Assembly: GCA_032718475.1 (NCBI GenBank) | Contig: JAUCBJ010004753.1 | Span: 30,778-94,777 of the forward strand | Direction: 5' to 3' | From: Nemertoderma westbladi | Lineage: Eukaryota > Animalia > Xenacoelomorpha | DNA: 64,000 nt | Program-made: the position numbers and the translations under genes | Part shown: piece after piece, positions 55,801 to 64,000 of the stretch | Layout: each line of letters starts with the position of its first letter | Position numbering within the stretch: the stretch's first letter is position 1 | Notes under the pieces: model-generated | What the model was told of the DNA's origin: nothing | What the model saw: only the letters and a program-made list of their open reading frames with translations | Databases searched by the model: none

Positions 55801-58800
55801 TTCCTGCTTACCCATCTATTAATCAGCCAGACATAGTGCCGAATCATTCCTGCTTACCCATCTATTAATCAGCCATGCATAGTGCCGAGTCATTCCTGCT
55901 TACCCATCTATTAATCAGCCAGACATAGTGCCGAATCATTCCTGCTTACCCATCTATTAATTAGTCAGACATAGTGCCGAATCATTCCTGCCTCGTCATC
56001 TATTAATCAGCCAGACATAGTGCCGAATCATTCCTGCCTCGTCATCTATTAATCAGCCAGACATAGTGCCGAATCATTCCTGCCTCGTCATCTATTAATC
56101 AGCCAGACATAGTGCCGAATCATTCCTGCTTACCCATCTATTAATTAGCCAGACATAGTGCCGAGTCATTCCTGCTTACCCATCTATTAATTAGTCAGAC
56201 ATAGTGCCGAATCATTCCTGCCTCGTCATCTATTAATCAGCCAGACATAGTGCCGAATCATTCCTGCTTACCCATCTATTAATTAGCCAGACATAGTGCC
56301 GAGTCATTCCTGCTTACCCATCTATTAATTAGTCAGACATAGTGCCGAATCATTCCTGCCTCGTCATCTATTAATCAGCCAGACATAGTGCCGAATCATT
56401 CCTGCGTCGTCATCTATTAATCAGCCAGACATAGTGCCGAATCATTCCTGCTTACCCATCTATTAATTAGCCAGACATAGTGCCGAGTCATTCCTCCTTA
56501 CCCATATATTAATCAGCCAGACATAGTGCCGAATCATTCCTGCTTACCCATCTATTAATTAGTCAGACATAGTGCCGAGTCATTCCTGCTTACCCATCTA
56601 TTAATCAGCCAGACATAGTGCCGAATCATTCCTGCCTCGTCATCTATTAATCAGCCAGACATAGTGCCGAATCATTCCTGCCTCGTCATCTATTAATCAG
56701 CCAGACATAGTGCCGAATCATTCCTGCCTCGTCATCTATTAATCAGCCAGACATAGTGCCGAATCATTCCTGCTTACCCATCTATTAATTAGTCAGACAT
56801 AGTGCCGAATCATTCCTGCTTACCCATCTATTAATCAGCCAGACATAGTGCCGAATCATTCCTGCCTCGTCATCTATTAATCAGCCAGACATAGTGCCGA
56901 GTCATTCCTGCTTACCCATCTATTAATCAGCCATGCATAGTGCCGAGTCATTCCTGCTTACCCATCTATTAATCAGCCAGACATAGTGCCGAGTCATTCC
57001 TGCTTACCCATCTATTAATCAGCCAGACATAGTGCCGAGTCATTCCTGCTTACCCATCTATTAATCAGCCATGCATAGTGCCGAGTCATTCCTGCTTACC
57101 CATCTATTAATCAGCCAGACATAGTGCCGAGTCATTCCTGCTTACCCATCTATTAATCAGCCAGACATAGTGCCGAGTCATTCCTGCTTACCCATCTATT
57201 AATCAGCCATGCATAGTGCCGAGTCATTCCTGCTTACCCATCTATTAATCAGCCATGCATAGTGCCGAGTCATTCCTGCTTACCCATCTATTAATTAGTC
57301 AGACATAGTGCCGAGTCATTCCTGCTTACCCATCTATTAATTAGTCAGACATAGTGCCGAGTCATTCCTGCTTACCCATCTATTAATCAGCCAGACATAG
57401 TGCCGAATCATTCCTGCCTCGTCATCTATTAATCAGCCAGACATAGTGCCGAGTCATTCCTGCTTACCCATCTATTAATCAGCCATGCATAGTGCCGAGT
57501 CATTCCTGCTTACCCATCTATTAATCAGCCAGACATAGTGCCGAGTCATTCCTGCTTACCCATCTATTAATCAGCCAGACATAGTGCCGAGTCATTCCTG
57601 CTTACCCATCTATTAATTAGTCAGACATAGTGCCGAATCATTCCTGCTTACCCATCTATTAATCAGCCAGACATAGTGCCGAGTCATTCCTGCTTACCCA
57701 TCTATTAATCAGCCATGCATAGTGCCGAGTCATTCCTGCTTACCCATCTATTAATCAGCCAGACATAGTGCCGAGTCATTCCTGCTTACCCATCTATTAA
57801 TCAGCCAGACATAGTGCCGAGTCATTCCTGCTTACCCATCTATTAATCAGCCATGCATAGTGCCGAGTCATTCCTGCTTACCCATCTATTAATCAGCCAG
57901 ACATAGTGCCGAGTCATTCCTGCTTACCCATCTATTAATCAGCCATGACATAGTGCCGAGTCATTCCTGCTTACCCATCTATTAATCAGCCATGCATAGT
58001 GCCGAGTCATTCCTGCTTACCCATCTATTAATTAGTCAGACATAGTGCCGAGTCATTCCTGCTTACCCATCTATTAATTAGTCAGACATAGTGCCGAGTC
58101 ATTCCTGCTTACCCATCTATTAATCAGCCAGACATAGTGCCGAATCATTCCTGCTTACGCCATCTATTAATCAGCCAGACATAGTGCCGAATCATTCCTG
58201 CTTACCCATCTATTAATTAGTCAGACATAGTGCCGAGTCATTCCTGCTTACCCATCTATTAATCAGCCAGACATAGTGCCGAATCATTCCTGCTTACCCA
58301 TCTATTAATCAGCCATGCATAGTGCCGAGTCATTCCTGCTTACCCATCTATTAATTAGTCAGACATAGTGCCGAATCATTCCTGCTTACCCATCTATTAA
58401 TTAGTCAGACATAGTGCCGAGTCATTCCTGCTTACCCATCTATTAATTAGTCAGACATAGTGCCGAGTCATTCCTGCCTACCCATCTATTAATTAGTCAG
58501 ACATAGTGCCGAATCATTCCTGCCTCGTCATCTATTAATCAGCCAGACATAGTGCCGAATCATTCCTGCCTCGTCATCTATTAATCAGCCAGACATAGTG
58601 CCGAATCATTCCTGCTTACGCCATCTATTAATCAGCCATGCATAGTGCCGAGTCATTCCTGCTTACCCATCTATTAATTAGTCAGACATAGTGCCGAGTC
58701 ATTCCTGCCTACCCATCTATTAATTAGTCAGACATAGTGCCGAATCATTCCTGCTTACCCATCTATTAATTAGTCAGACATAGTGCCGAATCATTCCTGC

Positions 58801-61800
58801 TTACCCATCTATTAATTAGTCAGACATAGTGCCGAGTCATTCCTGCTTACCCATCTATTAATCAGCCATGCATAGTGCCGAGTCATTCCTGCTTACCCAT
58901 CTATTAATCAGCAAGACATAGTGCCGAGTCATTCCTGCTTACCCATCTATTAATTAGTCAGACATAGTGCCGAGTCATTCCTGCCTACCCATCTATTAAT
59001 TAGTCAGACATAGTGCCGAATCATTCCTGCTTACCCATCTATTAATTAGTCAGACATAGTGCCGAGTCATTCCTGCCTCGTCATCTATTAATCAGCCATG
59101 CATAGTGCCGAGTCATTCCTGCTTACCCATCTATTAATTAGTCAGACATAGTGCCGAGTCATTCCTGCTTACCCATCTATTAATTAGTCAGACATAGTGC
59201 CGAATCATTCCTGCTTACCCATCTATTAATTAGTCAGACATAGTGCCGAATCATTCCTGCTTACCCATCTATTAATTAGTCAGACATAGTGCCGAGTCAT
59301 TCCTGCTTACCCATCTATTAATCAGCCATGCATAGTGCCGAGTCATTCCTGCTTACCCATCTATTAATCAGCCAGACATAGTGCCGAGTCATTCCTGCTT
59401 ACCCATCTATTAATTAGTCAGACATAGTGCCGAGTCATTCCTGCCTACCCATCTATTAATTAGTCAGACATAGTGCCGAATCATTCCTGCTTACCCATCT
59501 ATTAATTAGTCAGACATAGTGCCGAGTCATTCCTGCTTACCCATCTATTAATCAGCCATGCATAGTGCCGAGTCATTCCTGCTTACCCATCTATTAATCA
59601 GCAAGACATAGTGCCGAGTCATTCCTGCTTACCCATCTATTAATTAGTCAGACATAGTGCCGAATCATTCCTGCTTACCCATCTATTAATTAGTCAGACA
59701 TAGTGCCGAATCATTCCTGCTTACCCATCTATTAATTAGTCAGACATAGTGCCGAATCATTCCTGCTTACCCATCTATTAATTAGTCAGACATAGTGCCG
59801 AGTCATTCCTGCCTCGTCATCTATTAATCAGCCAGACATAGTGCCGAATCATTCCTGCTTACCCATCTATTAATTAGCCAGACATAGTGCCGAGTCATTC
59901 CTGCTTACCCATCTATTAATCAGCCATGCATAGTGCCGAGTCATTCCTGCCTACCCATCTATTAATTAGCCAGACATAGTGCCGAGTCATTCCTGCCTAC
60001 CCATCTATTAATTAGTCAGACATAGTGCCGAATCATTCCTGCCTCGTCATCTATTAATCAGCCAGACATAGTGCCGAATCATTCCTGCCTCGTCATCTAT
60101 TAATCAGCCAGACATAGTGCCGAATCATTCCTGCTTACCCATCTATTAATTAGCCAGACATAGTGCCGAATCATTCCTGCCTACCCATCTATTAATCAGC
60201 CAGACATAGTGCCGAATCATTCCTGCCTCGTCATCTATTAATCAGCCAGACATAGTGCCGAATCATTCCTGCCTCGTCATCTATTAATCAGTCAGACATA
60301 GTGCCGAATCATTCCTGCCTCGTCATCTATTAATCAGTCAGACATAGTGCCGAATCATTCCTGCCTCGTCATCTATTAATCAGCCAGACATAGTGCCGAA
60401 TCATTCCTGCTTACCCATCTATTAATCAGCCAGACATAGTGCCGAATCATTCCTGCCTCGTCATCTATTAATCAGCCAGACATAGTGCCGAATCATTCCT
60501 GCCTCGTCATCTATTAATCAGTCAGACATAGTGCCGAATCATTCCTGCCTCGTCATCTATTAATCAGCCAGACATAGTGCCGAATCATTCCTGCCTCGTC
60601 ATCTATTAATCAGCCAGACATAGTGCCGAATCATTCCTGCTTACCCATCTATTAATTAGTCAGACATAGTGCCGAGTCATTCCTGCCTCGTCATCTATTA
60701 ATCAGCCAGACATAGTGCCGAATCATTCCTGCTTACCCATCTATTAATCAGCAAGACATAGTGCCGAGTCATTCCTGCTTACCCATCTATTAATTAGTCA
60801 GACATAGTGCCGAATCATTCCTGCTTACCCATCTATTAATTAGTCAGACATAGTGCCGAGTCATTCCTGCCTCGTCATCTATTAATCAGCCAGACATAGT
60901 GCCGAATCATTCCTGCTTACCCATCTATTAATTAGCCAGACATAGTGCCGAGTCATTCCTGCTTACCCATCTATTAATCAGCCATGCATAGTGCCGAGTC
61001 ATTCCTGCCTACCCATCTATTAATTAGCCAGACATAGTGCCGAGTCATTCCTGCCTACCCATCTATTAATTAGTCAGACATAGTGCCGAATCATTCCTGC
61101 CTCGTCATCTATTAATCAGCCAGACATAGTGCCGAATCATTCCTGCCTCGTCATCTATTAATCAGCCAGACATAGTGCCGAATCATTCCTGCTTACCCAT
61201 CTATTAATTAGCCAGACATAGTGCCGAGTCATTCCTGCTTACCCATCTATTAATCAGCCAGACATAGTGCCGAATCATTCCTGCCTCGTCATCTATTAAT
61301 CAGCCATGCATAGTGCCGAATCATTCCTGCTTACCCATCTATTAATCAGCCATGCATAGTGCCGAATCATTCCTGCTTACCCATCTATTAATCAGCCCAG
61401 ACATAGTGCCGAATCATTCCTGCTTACCCATCTATTAATCAGCCATGCATAGTGCCGAGTCATTCCTCCTTACCCATCTATTAATCAGCCAGACATAGTG
61501 CCGAGTCATTCCTGCTTACCCATCTATTAATTAGTCAGACATAGTGCCGAGTCATTCCTGCTTATCCATCTATTAATCAGCCAGACATAGTGCCGAGTCA
61601 TTCCTGCTTACCCATCTATTAATTAGTCAGACATAGTGCCGAATCATTCCTGCTTACCCATCTATTAATCAGCCAGACATAGTGCCGAGTCATTCCTGCT
61701 TACCCATCTATTAATTAGCCAGACATAGTGCCGAGTCATTCCTGCCTACCCATCTATTAATTAGTCAGACATAGTGCCGAGTCATTCCTGCCTCGTCATC

Positions 61801-62822
61801 TATTAATTAGTCAGACATAGTGCCGAATCATTCCTGCTTACCCATCTATTAATTAGTCAGACATAGTGCCGAGTCATTCCTGCTTACCCATCTATTAATC
61901 AGCCATGCATAGTGCCGAGTCATTCCTGCTTACCCATCTATTAATTAGTCAGACATAGTGCCGAATCATTCCTGCCTCGTCATCTATTAATTAGTCAGAC
62001 ATAGTGCCGAATCATTCCTGCTTACCCATCTATTAATCAGCCAGACATAGTGCCGAATCATTCCTGCTTACCCATCTATTAATTAGTCAGACATAGTGCC
62101 GAATCATTCCTGCCTCGTCATCTATTAATTAGTCAGACATAGTGCCGAATCATTCCTGCTTACCCATCTATTAATCAGCCAGACATAGTGCCGAATCATT
62201 CCTGCTTACCCATCTATTAATCAGCCAGACATAGTGCCGAATCATTCCTGCCTCGTCATCTATTAATTAGTCAGACATAGTGCCGAATCATTCCTGCTTA
62301 CCCATCTATTAATCAGCCAGACATAGTGCCGAATCATTCCTGCTTACCCATCTATTAATCAGCCAGACATAGTGCCGAGTCATTCCTGCTTACCCATCTA
62401 TTAATTAGTCAGACATAGTGCCGAGTCATTCCTGCTTACCCATCTATTAATCAGCCAGACATAGTGCCGAGTCATTCCTGCTTACCCATCTATTAATTAG
62501 TCAGACATAGTGCCGAATCATTCCTGCTTACCCATCTATTAATCAGCCAGACATAGTGCCGAGTCATTCCTGCTTACCCATCTATTAATCAGCCATGCAT
62601 AGTGCCGAATCATTCCTGCTTACCCATCTATTAATCAGCCAGACATAGTGCCGAATCATTCCTGCTTACCCATCTATTAATCAGCCAGACATAGTGCCGA
62701 ATCATTCCTGCTTACTCATCTATTAATCAGCCTTACATAGTGCCGAGTCATTCCTGCTTACCCATCTATTAATCAGCCAGACATAGTGCCGAATCATTCC
62801 TGCTTACCCATCTATTAATCAG
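49813..62822. repeat. 46-bp tandem satellite array, right (edge) block (~280 monomers)
   Basis: The same monomer in the same orientation resumes at ctgcttacccatc (49813) and ends abruptly at ...ctattaatcag (62822). Confidence 0.99.
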
Positions 62823-64000
62823 ATGAAATGTCGCTTTTGATCACTAATTAAGGTTTTGGGTGTTTGTCTGGTTTTATCTTAAACAACTGAAACATTCTTA
62901 AATTGTCAAGCACGTTAATTAAAAAATCCTTACTGATGCAAAAAAAATAAAAAGCAAATGTGACCTAGACATTGCATGCCAATCAGCTGTCGGGAGATAT
63001 CTGACCAGCATGTTTCGTCCGAAACTGAAGACATTATCGAGAGGCCAAGCCAGGAAGAAACTCTAGGAATATCTCAAAAGAGAGAATTGTAAAATGGTGT
63101 AATTGAATTGACGTCTGATAGACTTATTTGCTTACATGCGCTCACACATTGACAAGCAGTAACGTAATTGGCCTACGTTTGCGGTGCTGCTTCCTAATAT
63201 TTAGAGATTTTGTACGTATAATTTTCATTAATATTTCTTTCAAACTTTTGTGCCAGAGTTTGCCTTTGCATCACCACCGGAAAGGTGAATAACATTAACT
63301 TGCTTGATAGTTATATTAAATTGTTTTCCAATTAATTTGAAATGCGCTGCTTTTTTATCGATCCGTGCGGGTGACTCATTTCGTTGGTCAATCTAGGAGA
63401 CAACCTTTTTTTATAAACCTCGGTCTAGTGCATGCACCCACACATTTGGTTAACAAATACATTTACTAGTACCAAAGGAGATAACTAAGTATTTTAAACG
63501 AATGGCAGACGATCCTACTGTCTTGTCTTTGTCTATCAATCGTTATACAGACAGATACAATCGACTAAAATTATGGCGTTAAAATGAAATGTAACATTCG
63601 GGGTTCACCAATGACTACCGGTATATACGAACCTTATAAGGTAGTCCATCGCCCAGGTTACGGAAGTTATTCCGAAAGTGTTACGAGCTGGTTATAGAAC
63701 TGCTCGTTGGTTGTTTGAACACTTTCTATTCAAGGGACGCGACTGTTTAATTCTAGTGTCCGTTAGCCGAGACTCAAATAATACGCATTTCATTGTGATG
63801 ATTGAATACCTCTTCTAAGATAAAGTTCAGTATGTTGGATAGGCCCTACTAATCACGCACTAGCTTTAAGGAATATAAACTACAACTAATCTAACGAAGG
63901 AAGATTAACTTACAATGGTTTTACGGTGTTGCTTTCAAGTATTATAGGCCTGTATTTCTAATTGGTGATCATTGTGGGTCGGGTCTACTTTACTTGGCAC
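62823..64000. other. AT-rich non-satellite flank, no recognisable gene
   Basis: No satellite monomers. Frequent stop codons, and no long ORF or RNA gene seen by eye. Confidence 0.7.
63002..63047 (-). ncRNA. Degenerate minimal hammerhead-ribozyme-like motif (Penelope-type), probably a relic
   Basis: The minus strand reads TGGCC-TC-TCGATAA-T-GTC-ttcagtttcg-GAC-GAAA-CATGC-T-GGTCA. This gives stem I TGGCC/GGTCA, a CUGANGA-like box with three substitutions, stem II GTC/GAC, GAAA, and a near-palindromic ACATGC. Confidence 0.3.

Noticed and set aside
1-62822. CRISPR array
   Set aside because: There are no unique spacers: the whole 46-bp unit repeats with only allelic variants, and no cas genes are present.
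1-62822. Repetitive protein-coding ORF in the satellite
   Set aside because: 46 is not a multiple of 3 and each monomer has stop triplets on both strands (TTAA gives TAA both ways), so every frame closes within about three monomers.
1-62822. Hammerhead ribozyme within the satellite monomer
   Set aside because: The minus strand has CTGACTA/CTGATTA and ATGACGA look-alikes but no GAAA box or compatible stems.
62965-63175. CCAAT boxes (gccaatcag ~62978, attggc ~63167) as a promoter
   Set aside because: These are short common motifs with no associated gene or start site in the window.
63611-63697. Small + strand ORF MTTGIYEPYKVVHRPGYGSYSESVTSWL*
   Set aside because: It is only 28 aa with no recognisable motif or supporting signals, and is expected by chance.

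Overview
About 96% of this window is one head-to-tail 46-bp satellite DNA array (consensus CCTGCTTACCCATCTATTAATYAGYCAGACATAGTGCCGARTCATT, roughly 1,050 + 280 monomers by length/46). It runs from beyond the left edge to a sharp boundary at 62822. The monomers are highly homogeneous but shuffle a small set of discrete variant modules. Rare markers reveal nested duplications of about 0.3-7 kb and dispersed ones at 23-35 kb offsets. The array is interrupted once, at 48428-49812, by a composite insertion. The outer part starts at the satellite's TTAA, has a cryptic 76-bp subterminal repeat and no matching right end, and looks like a truncated piggyBac-like end. Nested in it is a 903-bp fold-back element with ~400-bp inverted arms and a TA duplication (Tc1/mariner-type MITE). 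The last ~1.2 kb is AT-rich non-satellite sequence containing a degenerate Penelope-type hammerhead-ribozyme-like motif on the minus strand. I can support no protein-coding gene, tRNA, rRNA or CRISPR array. The window looks like eukaryotic heterochromatin, probably invertebrate (inference). All counts and alignments were done by eye.
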